A stretch of 64,000 bases of DNA, taken from Eledone cirrhosa (Eukaryota). Shown here piece by piece: positions 47,077-60,660 of this stretch (position 1 is the first letter of the stretch; each line of letters opens with the position of its first letter). Both the position numbers and the translations under genes were made by a program. The notes under the pieces are model-generated. The model searched no databases. It was not told the DNA's origin and saw only the letters and a list, made by a program, of their open reading frames with translations. The DNA is taken from contig OZ024756.1 in assembly GCA_964016885.1 (NCBI GenBank), forward strand, positions 25,792,001 through 25,856,000, given 5' to 3'.

Positions 47077-48520
47077 ATATATGAGAGGTAATATAGAGGG
47101 GTAACCTCTATGTCTTGAATGTCTGATCTGCCATACTTCAGTCATGTTCTGTGACCATATGACTACCATCTACCTAACACTAGATGGCTATAAGGATGGC
47201 AGCAGTCTGGGTTGTTGTTATTACTGTCAATGAAGCCTGAATGAAGGATTAAGAAGTTCATTTCACAATCTTTAGGTCCCTCACTTACCTTAGCATTGGA
47301 TCCACCCAGCTGTTGTGGGTGAAATTGGGCAGATGGCGACTGTACTGTACCTTTAATTCAAAGGGCCAGTCTTGTTATGCTGAATCTCCCTGAGAATTTT
47401 GTCTGTGGATTGCTTAGCCACTTGCACATTAATTTCAGGAGCAGGCCATTCCATTGAATGAACAGTTGGAACATTGATCATAGAAACCACTATAGATCCA
47501 TTTCATGTTGTTAACCATCAATGGTGATGTTACAGTGGTGGTACCAGGGGTTATTGTGTGTCGTTGACTATTAGTGGGTGGGAGTCATCCTAGGGGTTAT
47601 GGAATGCCGTTGGCTGTTTGGGATGGGTGGGGTGGGAAATCTTGATAAACGAAAATTCACAAATCACTTTCAGTTAACATTCGACTTCCAAGTTGGTTGC
47701 ACTGCTGCCTTTATGCAGGCATGATTGTCACAATATCTTGTCTTTGTTTTAAACCAGTCCTGATAGATTACCTAAATATCTTTACATGTCATCTCTGTCT
47801 TGTCTCTTGTCATCATACCACCACCACCACACCCATCCTCTGTAATTAACCCTTAAACACTAATTAAATATTCTAACTCTAACAACATTCCTTCCTACAT
47901 AGCTTCTACATATAACTCACTTCCCCCCTCTCTCTCTCTCTCTCTTTTTTGGGCTCATTCACTCACTCTAAAGATCACTGAAGATGTTTCATTACTGATG
48001 GGTCTTGTCTGCCTTCCAAAAATTCTCAAAATAGACATACACACACGCATATATATATATATACACACACACATATATATATATATACACATATACTCTT
48101 TTACCTGTTCCAGCCATCCGGCTGAGGCCATGCTGTTTATGTGTGAGGTAAGTAGGGACTGTAATCCAAGACAGCAATTTACTCTCTGCCAGTCCATACA
48201 ATCAAATATACATGTCAGTAGGTTTGAAAGGTTTGTAATTGCTGTTTGTCTCACACATAAATTAACATATATTAGATTCTACACACTTCCAACGCAAGGT
48301 TGAATTGAGCACTTATGTTTTTGTACCACAAAATAAACAAAAAGAATATATATATATATTCACACACACACACACACACATATAATTATATAGATGAATG
48401 TGTGCATATATATGTGTATATAACATGTATGCACATGATTATTTAGATGCATGTATGAATGTGTGCATATATATATATATCATCATCATCATCATCAAGT
48501 GGACGTAAAATGATGATATA

Positions 48521-48562
<42 letters not shown>

Positions 48563-49429
48563 AAAATATTTATTACATGACCCGAAAATTGCTGTGGGAT
48601 CCTTGAGTTGCACCAAATTTCTTCCTTCCTCGTCCCATTTCACAGAATCCCTATGTCAACCTCCAGAACCTCTCGTGTTACCCCCGAGGCCCCCATTGGT
48701 TAGAACCATAGATCACTATTCTAAGAATGTAAAGTGGAACTCTCATTATCACAACTGACAAAGGTCCATTCTATATGAGTTCCATATTGCCTACTTAATA
48801 TCCCCAGTGTGGTGCTGTTTCAGTCTTGTGCTTTTTACAGTACATCCACAATGATCATAACTGTCTGATAATATCTTTGTCAGTCAGTCAAGGTTTCAAA
48901 GGTGGGCACCCATATATATATGATGAGAAGGTATTAGCTCTTGGTTTCTGTAGCTGGTGTGGGCAACTCAATAAGTAAAAGGGGCTTGTTTTAACATTTT
49001 ACCCTAGTTTGGATGTAATATGCCTATTGTGTATTGTAAAGAGTGGCAGCTATTCTAGGGTCATTTAAGAGAGGGCATTTAGGGGTTGGGTGTTATAGAA
49101 CATAATAGACATTTAGGGATCTTTTAGACCACAATTGGTATTAGGGGTTTTGTAGAGCACAACAGGTATTTAGGCATTTTGTACTGCACAACAGGTATTT
49201 AGGAGTAGTATTCTTGTTGAATATGATAAACATTTAAGGATCCTGTAGAGCTATCTGGGGTAGTCAGGAATGTATGGGCTGGGTGTGGTCCTCTAACCCA
49301 TGTAATAGGGGAGTCATTCCAAATAAGGACTGATTTGGAATGTGAAGACTTGTTTAACCCATGCCTGCATGGAAGGCAGGCATAAAATGATGATGGTGAC
49401 ATAGAAGGGTGGAGTGTAATTTTTATGTC

Positions 49430-49750
49430 CTCTCAGGTGGTCTGATGGTTGAATGGAGTGTGATTGAGAGGAAGTGGAAGGCAATGAATTGCAGAAGATG
49501 GTGTGGGTAGGGCCAGTGTTGAATGTTGTAAAGAGAAATGAAATGAGATGGCTAGGTCATTTGTTGAGGAAGGATGACTAACTGAGTGAGAGGAATGATA
49601 GAAATGAATGTGGAAGGAAGTAGAGGGGGGGGGGGGACCAAGAAAGATATGGGATGAAGAAAGGGGTGCAAGCAATAGGGAAAAATGGAGACGCTTGTCA
49701 TGGGACATGTAAAGCTAACCTCTGCTTTATCAGGGAATGTAGCCTTAAAA
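49430..49750 (+). mobile_element. RTE LINE 3' fragment, degenerate
   Basis: GWLGHLL...VEG...GGPRKIW-like motifs and AAGCTAACCTCTGC tail. Confidence 0.5.
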
Positions 49751-50138
49751 TATTTGTTTGTATTGAGTGAAACTCGAGTGATTTAGAGAGGAAATGTTTT
49801 GGAACGGTGCTTCTCTAGGTTCCACGGCATCTTTATGTGTGGATGTATGTGTGTGTCTATGTATATGTTCCTATGTCATTGCTCTTCAGTGTTTAGAGAT
49901 AGAAATGAGAAAAAGAGCAAAAATAATGAAAATAAAAGAAAACCAACATTTTTTTTTTTAATGTACAAATCTTCATTTAATGGATAAGATTTTATATTTT
50001 AATACACACATGTATGTATATGTATATATATGTATACTTATACATATACATATATATATATATATATGTGTATGCATATATATGTATACGTATACATATA
50101 TATATATGTGTATATGTATGCATATATATGTACACTCT

Positions 50139-50191
<53 letters not shown>

Positions 50192-50344
50192 TTATATATG
50201 TGTGTGTGCATATAATAATGAAATTATTGTGTACAGTGCTCAGGTGCACTACAATTCATCAAAGGTGCATGTATAGTACATAGAATAATGTACAAATGTC
50301 AGGAAAGTGAACAGTGTATGAGTCATGATATACACACATATTTA

Positions 50345-50400
<56 letters not shown>

Positions 50401-50962
50401 TACATACCCACACACATATTTATATGTGTGTGTGTGTATATATATATAGAGAGAGAGGGAGAGATCTTTCTATGTAAACTGTAGTAAAGCAGGTGCTTGC
50501 TTTTATTCAGAGAATCGAATCTCTTTCTTTTTTTCTTTAAAAGAAAAGTCCCTTTGAAGTAATTTTGAAAAATGGAAAGAAACTCATTAGCTAACATCAT
50601 TTTTTCTTGTTATTCTCCTGGATATTTTCCAAAGACAGTTTTAGACTTTCGTTTGGCACAAGTGGTTCCCTAAATATCAAGAAATAATTTTGCATTTATG
50701 CATGTGTCTGTCTACATATTTCTTTCTGTATGTAAGTGTGTGTGTGTGTGTGTATTTGATTATCTGTGTATGCTTGTTTAAAACACATACAATACATGAT
50801 ATAAAATGGAAGGAAGTGGGGGAGGGGTGGAAGTGTGTCTCTCTTTGAGCAATGTTGTATGTGCATGTGATTATGTTATATATACATTATAATATCTGTA
50901 TATATACATATATATGTATTTTTATATACACACGCACACACACATTTATATATATACATAAA

Positions 50963-51035
50963 TGTCCCCAAAAAATGTATACATACTTCAAGAGCATTCT
51001 AATCATAGTGTGTATACATTTTTGGGGACACCCTG
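50963..51035. mobile_element. Tiny Tc1/mariner-type MITE
   Basis: Inverted repeats TGTCCCCAAAAAATGTATACA / TGTATACATTTTTGGGGACACCCTG followed by TA. Confidence 0.65.
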
Positions 51036-51246
51036 TATGTATATATATATATATATATACTTATTGAATTGTACAGAAAGTAATTGTAAAAATGAGATGA
51101 AAATAAATAAATATAATAAAAAATATGAAGATTGAAAATGGCTGGCCCCATTCCCCTATTTTGACATATTTGTTTCTAGGGTCTTTGAGTAGGTGGGTGG
51201 ATGGCTGATAGGGATATTTCTGTGTCTTCCCGTCTGCTCTTTCCTT

Positions 51247-51318
51247 TATATATATAAATATATGTATATATATATATATATGTGTATATATATATATATA
51301 TGTGTATATATATAAATG

Positions 51319-51365
<47 letters not shown>

Positions 51366-51594
51366 ATGATGATGATGATATATAAATGTATGTATATATA
51401 TATATATATATATATATAAATGTATGTATATATATATATGTATGTATGTATGTATATATGTATGTATATATATATATATATGTATGAATATATATATGTA
51501 TGTATGTATGTATATATGTATGAATATATGTATGTATATATGTATGAATATATATATGTATGTATGTATGTATATGTATGTATATATGTATGAA

Positions 51595-51638
<44 letters not shown>

Positions 51639-51850
51639 AATATATATGTGTGTGTGTGTATATATATATGTATGTATATATGTATGAATATTTGTAGGGG
51701 TTCTCCTACATGGATATAAAGTAGTGGCCGTACTCGAAAACGAGTTGGCAGCCACCATGTATATATATACATATATATATATATACATATATCATCAGAT
51801 GATGATGATATATGTATGTATATATATTTGTATATATATATATACACACA
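51247..51850. repeat. (TA)n/(TATG)n compound microsatellite field
   Basis: Direct reading; explains the I/Y/H-rich ORFs here. Confidence 0.93.
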
Positions 51851-52708
51851 ATCATATATTCTTTTATCCTTATAAAATTCAAGCATTTTATAAGATTTAT
51901 GTTTGTTTTGTTCCTTATTCCTTGTTGGTGTGGGGTGGGACATTCTCCCCCTTTTCATTTTTTTTAAAATCATTTCTATCAATTATTGTTTCTGGAAAAT
52001 AACTCATTAATACACACAATTCTGCAGCATTTTATCTTCTTTAGAAGAATACAAAAACAAACAATATATGTGTGTGTGTGTATTTCAAACCCTAAACGAA
52101 GCTACTCACTGCCAAAAGAATGAATTTTTTTTCCCAATCATCATAACAAGACATTATTAATAAACCTTAATGAATTACCACACCGCATTTAATTACTAAA
52201 CACACCTCATTTAATGAATAAACACAACACATTTAGCAAATAAACACACCGTATCTACCCAAATAAACATGCCACGATTCATGAAGGTCAATGACTAAAC
52301 ACAGCACAGTTTCCTCTCCATCCTCATAACCCCAAGAATATTGTTGTTTTTTTCTCCTTACATGGCAATGTGTTGTCTTGCTGCACCAGTTGCAAATCAG
52401 GACTGGTTCACACTGGTTACTTGCTGGTTATACTCCAACTGTGTGGCTTGATATGGTCACCTTGATTCAGCTATGACTCAAATCTGGTGGTTACATACCA
52501 CCATGTCCTTGATAGAGTCCACCTTGGTCAAGCTATAATTTAGGGCTGGTCACACACCTCCCTGTACAGTCTATAACTCTTAAATTTCTAAATGAAAATA
52601 TCCTCTTCCTATTTTAAGCTAGCCATCACCATCTTGTGAATTAGTTTCTTTAGAAAGAACCTGGGAAGTGAGTTCTCACTGTCTCTGTTAGTATATATAT
52701 ATATATAT

Positions 52709-52975
52709 ATCATCATCATCATCGTTTAACGTCCATCTTCCAAGCTCGCATAGGTTAGACAGGTTTGTCCCATTTGAAGCAAGTTGGGTCGGGTGACCGT
52801 GTCTCGCTCATATCGGACTGTTTCTGGCTGGTTTTCTACAGTGTATGCTGAGTGCTTTTTTTCCGTGTCCCCTACTCAACCACTTTACAGTGTGGACTGG
52901 GGTGCTTTTTGTCGTGACACCTATACTGCCACTTTACTGTGTGGACTGGATGTTTTGTGGTACCAACATAACTTT
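52709..52975 (-). mobile_element. Non-autonomous retroelement/SINE with RTE-type (TGA)n tail
   Basis: CATCATCATCGTTTAACGTCCATCTTCC...; related copies at 28865-29035, 34620-34940 and 58583-59100. Confidence 0.7.
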
Positions 52976-54005
52976 ATATATATATATGGACGTGTTTCTA
53001 TGTATAATCAAACATAAAAAGAGTGAAACATCAACTGAATGAGTACTCAGTATATAAAGTGGAGTAAATATTTCATTTCTTAAAGAAAAATGTGTCAGTC
53101 ACTTCAAAATTTCAGCTGTAAATTTGCCTTTTTTTAACTGACACGCATGTATGTTGGTGTCAGGCAGTAGTGAAGGGTATTGGGGTGGGGTGGGGTGCAC
53201 AGATGCCTAGATTTATAACAATTGTTTTATCATTTTTTTATATGGTTTGTTGTTGTCATCCTCATATCTCACTTCTGTATGGAGCAGTTGTAGATGTTGT
53301 TAGACTGAAGACATTTTAGCTCAACTTCCTATGAATTTGATTATCATCAACAGCACTAGCATGTTCTCTAGTGTGTCCTCCACCATCTCTTTGGTGTTTT
53401 AACTATTGATCTAGTGTCCAGTTTAGCACCACCCCCACCTGGCCCTTGAATATCTTTAGCAGTGTTCAGTCTGTTGCAAGCATCTGGCCATGTTTTCATG
53501 GGCTCTGTCTTCCCATCACTGATGAAACAGTATTTAAAACACTCAAACCTAAGTTTCTATTAAGGGAATATAGATATATAAATAACTGTAATATGGACAT
53601 GTAATGCATATGGATGATGATCATTAGTTGAAGGAAGATGCAGAAGAGGAGAGCCTGGGCAAAAGGGGTGAAAGCTGGGCTCAAGATTACTGAATTTCAT
53701 AAAGGAAATAAGTAGTGAAAGGCTGTTTTGTAGAGAATCCATCCAACCCATGCAAGTATGGAAAAGTGGACGTAAAAATGATGATAATGGTCTGTTATGG
53801 GAAGTAGATAGAGATATATATTATATCTGGTCTTTGGATTCAAAACCTATATTCTCTGTTTTTAAGTTTCCCAATCCAGAGATACATTGTAACTAAACTC
53901 TTTATTCTTGGATCTTAGATTAAATCCCGTAAGCCACTGGTTTATAACCTGTTCAAATTTTATCTTCCAGATTTATTTCAGCTGATAATGATCCTTCAAG
54001 TTTAT

Positions 54006-54320
54006 TTAACCCTTTCGTTACCATATTTCTAATGAAAGAAACTGTCTATAGCTTTAACCCTTTCATTACTACATTTCTAATGAAAGAAACTGCCTATGAT
54101 TTTCAAATAATTTAGAAAATAATAGAGAATCTGTAGAGATTTAATAATATAACTAAGTTTCTCATTATTAAGCTTGTGTTTTGGAACATATCTTAACAAA
54201 GATTCTTACATAAAATTATGGTGGAAGGTTTTTAGATAAAAATAAACACTTTAAAACAAACAGTTTTGTATCTTAGACCCTGGGGATGTTTCATGTGTTT
54301 TGTGATATCAGAAACATTTA
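54006..54320 (+). mobile_element. Second TTAA-type MITE family (TTAACCCTTTCGTTACCATATTTCT...), with duplicated left end
   Basis: Starts TTAA-CCC; fragments recur near 7045-7076, 8430-8560, 13070-13192 and 26500-26808. Confidence 0.65.
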
Positions 54321-55616
54321 GCTTTCATTGTTGTTGTTATTTGATCCATGAAATAGTTGCTTAAACCCCACCACACCCTCCTAGATTATTTAGTTCCTCC
54401 TCTAGAGATCCAAGTCGTATCAGACAGTTTTATTATAACCAGACACACTAATCCATATGTTTAGGCTTATAAGAAATACATTTTTAGGTAAAATTTCTCA
54501 TCATTAGCATCAAACAAAAGCTAAATGAAAAAAAAAGTAAATTGATGGGGGTTTTTTTTCACTGTAAATATTCATTTTTTAGTTGTTTTATATATTTTTT
54601 TTCTTTGACTCTTATTTATTAAAAAAAAAACATTTCCTCCAAAATTCTCTTTTCGCTGTATGTTTTAACATTCTGTTTCACTTGGGTGGTAAACTTAATC
54701 CATTGCCCAGTTTAACACCACCATCACCACCATCACTACCTGGCACTTTAGTAGTGTCCACTCTATTGCAAGTATTTTGGAAAAGGTCTTAGGTTTGATG
54801 GGGGTCTTCTTTCCTCCCTCCCAACCTTCCCCTCCATCAGTCTTGGGGCTGTGAAAAGGGCCATAGACATTGCTGTTGCCCTTCTCATCCTGAATAAACC
54901 ATAAATAAGAGCATTTGAAAACAAATCCCAGCTCCAACACACATACACAAACTATAGCTCCTACACATAAACTGCAACTCCTACTCACATACACAAACTC
55001 CAGCGCCTACACATACACACGAACTTTTGACAGTCCTTCAGATTTTGTAGATATTATTTTAAAAAAATAATGATAATAGTAATAATAATAATAATGGCCT
55101 GTTTAAAATTGCTGTTGATTTTTATTCGAAATATTTTCGCCTGTCTTTAAGAAAGGATTCCATATTTGGGTGTGATTTGGTATTATAAACCCGGTGTCAA
55201 CTGGGGCCCCTCGTGTGTTGTGTTGTGCTGATTCTATACAGTAGTGGAGTGACTGAGATGTGAGATCACACAGTAGACAAGGTTGTGACACGATGGCACA
55301 GTGATTCAGACACCCATCCCCAATACCCCAACTCCACCCAAAATACCCCCATTAAAATAATTACTTCTCTATGAGAAGTAAATTTAAATGTAATATAATA
55401 TATATATGTATATATATATATTCCCTTTTCTTTTTATTTTATTTCAATGATTTTTTTTTTCCTGAAATACATTTCGAGTTTAAATATTGTTTTTTTTTTT
55501 TATATATATATAAAAAAAAACAACCAAAAAACTATATATGAATTTTTCTTTTGACAATTATTATTATATATATATATATGCACACATATATACATATATA
55601 TACACATACATACATG

Positions 55617-55688
<72 letters not shown>

Positions 55689-56500
55689 TATACATATATA
55701 TACACATACATACATGTATGTATATATATATATATATGTGTGTACGTGTGTGTTTACACACATACACACACAGTTTGCCATCTGATTCTAAAATAAAAAG
55801 TCTATTGCCTTTGAAAAATTGATAGATATACAGTGAGGTTTTCTTTTTTGATATTGTTGTATTAACAGCTACATACACACATATACATTGTTTTACTAAC
55901 AGCTACACATAGATACACATATATTGTTTCACAAATAAGCACACACACATACATACATATATGTAATAGTCATTCACACTTGCACATATACACACACAGT
56001 TTCACTTACAGCTACATACACACACACATTGTTTAACTAATAGTTACTCACATTTGCACACATACATATGGATTTTGTTTAACTAACAGCTACACACAGA
56101 TATACACCAATAATTACCGTTCTTCTGTAAATATATTTATAATTAACTCCTGCCTCATGTTATAGAGAAGATGAAAAATATATAAATAAAATGCCTCCCC
56201 CATCCTCAATTAATTATAATAAATTATAAGCTAAAAAAAACAAAAAAAAACAAACAAATCCCTAATTCATTCACTTAGAGTCAAAATCCCTTGTCCCTTT
56301 CTCCTTCTCCCTCATGTCAATATTTCTTCAGATTTTTACCTTCCACATCTTAAGAAATAAAATGGAATACAGTAAGTCCTTTTAAAGGACCAAGGAAGAA
56401 GATGAAGATGAAATACTAGTTAGAAATATTGGAGTTATATTCATGTTTTTACTTCATTGCCTCCTCCGAGAAGTTGTAAATATAGAGTCTAAATGTTGAC

Positions 56501-56502
<2 letters not shown>

Positions 56503-56592
<90 letters not shown>

Positions 56593-56620
56593 ACTCATTC
56601 TATTGCTCTCTCTCTCTCTC
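56503..56620. repeat. (CT)n microsatellite
   Basis: Direct reading. Confidence 0.95.
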
Positions 56621-57979
56621 TTTAATGACGATGATAATAATAATAATAATGATAATGTTAATAATGTGAATGATGCTTTAAAAAGTTGTTTCAAAGCTCT
56701 GTTCACCTAGGAAGTATTTTTTTTTTTTTTGGCTTCCTTCAAATGTATAAAACCAACTCCCCCTCTCTATCTCCCTTTCTCTCTCTCTTTCTCACTCTCT
56801 GTCTTTAATTTGGAGTGGGGGGGTTTAACTTGTAACAGTGTGTAATAAAACTGATATTTATCAAACTTTTCTTCAGTATTTCATTTTAAAAAATATAGAA
56901 CTTTTATATATATATATATATCATGACATCTTTATTTTTTCAGCATCTTTTCCACATTTACTAATTTTTTTCCAATATACACAGCAAAAACAAAAAGAAA
57001 AGCCACAACCACCACCACTGCAACCCCCCAGCAAAAAGAAGAAATAAAGAATAACTTCAAACCCTCAGTTCACTTAGGTCAGCAACCTTACCCACCCACC
57101 CCATGAAATACATCACCCCTCATCAACCCAAAGCATGTACATAATGTGAACTAAATATATAATTATTTCTACATTAGGCACAAGGCTAATGTATAAATAT
57201 ATATATATATTATATATATATAAATATATATATATATTATATATATAATAAACTAAATATATAATGAACAATAATTATATATAAATCAGAAACCCATATA
57301 GAAGAGTATCTTGAATTATTTTAAAGATATTCGGTGAACTGGCAGAGAACGTCTGATAGACTGTTTTCTGGTATTTTTTCCAGCTGTCTGCTCTCTCAGT
57401 TCAGATCCTGCCGGGGTCAATGTTGCCTTTCATTCATTTGAAGTCGATAAAAAAAAAGTACCAATTTAGTACTGGGGTCAATTCTTTCTTTATATTTTTT
57501 CCTCACTTCCTTTCTCTCACACTCTATCCTTCTCTGGAAGAAATTCCCTGTACTCAGACCTGGAGAGGGAATGGGCTCCAACAGGTTTAAAATACGCTAA
57601 GAGACGCCATATGTCCATACCATTGAAATGCCAGGTTTTGGCCCCAAAGTTTAATTGACCTCTTGGGTTGTTTGATTTGCACCTGAGCATCGATGTAACT
57701 ACTCTGAGCACCCCTGACTAAGGTAGAGAATTGGCTGAATTCTTAACGCATCAGAATTCTTGAGTCATATTTTGTTATCCAGGCTCTGATTTCAAATCCT
57801 GTTGGATTGGTTAAATAGTTAGTCACATAAGACAGTTTGTTGTATTTGTTCCAGCTCTGTATTCTGAGTTCAAATTTCTGCTGTTTTGTTGTCCAGTGGT
57901 CAGAAACACCACTACCATCACCACCTAGTTCAAAAAGGGCCGTTTAACAGAGTCCTCTCTGTTACAAGCTTTTGGATTG

Positions 57980-58520
57980 AATTTCCAGATTATAGACATT
58001 GTTCATCCTCTCTCCCACCTGTTTCATATATATATAAAGCCTTAGTCCTGATGTTTCTCCAGTGCATGGTGCATACACTAATCCACTGCAATGATGAAAA
58101 GGTAGGGAGCCAATATATCGCCTTGAAGCACTCTAGACAGGTGTGACTAAGTAATGACTAAGGCTCTGAGTAATATCAGGTTAACCATCTTCTTTGGGAT
58201 TCCATAAACCTGTAAGATCTTCATCCGGCAGTTTCAGTCCACAGAATCAAAGGCCTTCCTGAAGTCAATGAAAACCTGTGAGCAGGAAGGTTCTTTGATC
58301 TAGCTCCCTCTAAAATTCTCCTCAGCATCAAGATGTGATTGGTAGTTGATCTGCCTTCTCTGAAGCCGTTCTGGTTGTCCCTGAGCTCCCCCATCTCAGG
58401 CTGGATCTTGTTAAGTATCATCCTGTTGACGGTCTTTGCAACAAGTTACGTCAGTGAGATGTAGTTGTTGGTATTAGAAAGATCTCCATTCTTTGGTACT
58501 GGGCCATAGTGGCGATGATG
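57980..58520 (-). mobile_element. RTE-type LINE reverse transcriptase fragment
   Basis: PVPKNGDLSNTNNY...ILNKIQP...LRDNQNGFREGRSTTNHILMLRRILEG. Confidence 0.8.
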
Positions 58521-58582
58521 AAGAACAGAGACCACTGGAGAGAACTCGTCCATGGATTTTGGGAATTTAGCCGCCCTATATA

Positions 58583-59100
58583 TATCATCATCATCATCAT
58601 CGTTTAAACGTCCATCTTCCACGCTTGCATGGGTTTGGACGGGAGTTTTCCCACTTGAGGCAAGAGTGGTTGTCTTACTCGCATAGGACTGTCTGGCGGG
58701 TTTTCTACGGCTGGATGCCCTTCCTAACACCAACCACGTTTACAGTGTGGACTGGGAGGTTTTTACCGTGTTACCTACATGGCCACATTACAGCGTGGAC
58801 TGTGTGTTTTTTTGTTGTGACACCTACACGACCTCATTTGTTTCGGACTGGATGTTGTGGTACCAACATAACTTTACAGTGGATGAGGTGGGGGTGTGGG
58901 ACGGGGGTGTATTTTTGTTAGAGGTGCCTACTGACTGTAGTAGGTTTCACTTTGTATTTAGGCAAGGCGGGTCTTCTGTATTACTCTGTAGCACCAAAGA
59001 TCTCAGTCCAGTGACATTGTCTTGGAGAGGTGTAAGTGTGTGAGGTCGGAATTTATCAAGTCGTCCCAGGTTTTTCTGGGTCTGCCTACTCCGTGGCTAC
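58583..59100 (-). mobile_element. Non-autonomous retroelement with RTE-type tail (same family as 52709-52975)
   Basis: CATCATCGTTTAAACGTCCATCTTCC...CTACGGCTGGATGCCCTTCCTAACACCAACC. Confidence 0.7.
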
Positions 59101-60537
59101 CGTCTATATATATATATATAATTACTTATTAAATTTATGTGAGAAAAACTATATATGGGAGCATAAACCAGGCAGACAAATTAAGTATTTTAGTTTGTCT
59201 CACTTATATAAAGATCTCCCCACCATGGCTTCGTTTGCAGAAGAAACCTATTGAAATTACCAATAATTGAAGGGAGTTTAATTCTTCAAAACTAAGAGGC
59301 TATTACACATACCGTTTCAATTGCTGAGGCAGCATGCTATCCAAAAGCTCACATTGTATTGTTGAACTATTAAATGATCAAATACTTCCTAACATAAGAG
59401 TATTTCTCACTTAAATTTAATATGAAATATTGCTTCGCTGAGTGATATCTTATCTATAAATTTTATCCACCATTGAGATGTTTAAGTATTAAAGACTAAT
59501 TAATATATATATATGTATATTATGTATTTTAGAGGTTTGTAAAAACTAACTACAAGTCAGATAAAAAATAAAAATGACGCCAGCGACAATTACACTCAAG
59601 ACTTACTTAATTATCTCCCTTAGACTACTCAACTATTCGAATTAGTTCAATGACCTGTTGAAGTCAATTTTTAAAAAATCTCATTTCACACACTAAATAT
59701 TTGAATTATCGGTGGCGAATTGGCGGAGTCATTAGGACGTCCGATTAAATGCTTTGCAGTATTCGTTCCGGCTTTTTGCATTCTCCGTTCAGTGTTTTCC
59801 CTCGAACAATATTTTTAAATGCAAGCCAAAATACGCAGGTCTTTACTGTGGGTGATAGTGAGGCTGAGTCTTAAGGCTTTGGAACAGCCAAGCACCCTCA
59901 CGAGTGTGCTTAGTTATTCCAGCGTCAACCTCACTGTACCGAGGTGATGCCCATGATGGAGTCGTAGGTGTGCCCTAATGACATGCGGTATGTCATGGGG
60001 ATGTTTTATAATCTGGTGGAACCCATCTCCCATTCCGGGTCTGAAAAAAGCCGATTTCTTACACATACACGCACACAGAGGAAGTGAGAAAGAGATATAA
60101 AGGAAGAATCGACTCCAGTATCGGACAGACATTTTTTTATTTTATCGACCTCGAAAAAACGAAAATCAAAGATTCCGCAAAGCATTCTATCCGACGTTTG
60201 AACGACTCTTGTCATTTCACCGCCTACGAATAAATTAACTGATAAAATATAAACTGAAACCGGCGCAACTGACGATAATCAACCTTAAGTATGGAAGAAC
60301 ACCAAAGGTATAATCGTGACCGTAAAATTTTCATAATGGAATCACTTCACATTTATCGAACAAACATTCACTTCCGAATACTCCTGCATTGTTTATCTAA
60401 CACTTCATTGTTTCTTTATAGAATATTGTTGATGCATCTGATAATAAAGTACAAGGTCGATAAAATAAAGTGCCAGTCAAATACTGAGGTTGAAATAATT
60501 ATTTGCTGTTGTTTGTTATTATTATTTGTTGAACTTT

Positions 60538-60660
60538 AACGTTCTGAGTTCAAATCCCGCCGAGGTTAACTTTGCTTTTAACCTTTACGGGGTTGATAAA
60601 ATAAAGTACCAGTAATGCACTTGGTGATTACTTGCCTTGTGCCAAAAGTAGAAACAATTA
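60538..60660 (+). mobile_element. Family-A SINE, 5'-truncated
   Basis: TCTGAGTTCAAATCCCGCCGAGGTTAACTTTGC...AAAGTACCAG...GCCTTGTGCCAAAAGTAGAAACAATT. Confidence 0.8.

Noticed and set aside
48144-48190. let-7-like TGAGGTAAGTAGG
   Set aside because: Extra A next to the seed, divergent 3' half and poor hairpin; better explained as a splice-donor motif, identical to the exon 11 donor context
51176-51982. 268-aa and 180-aa ORFs, and similar I/Y/H/T-rich ORFs at 2180, 49980-50283 and 55500-55878
   Set aside because: Translations of (TA)n/(CA)n/(TATG)n microsatellites with no protein-like content
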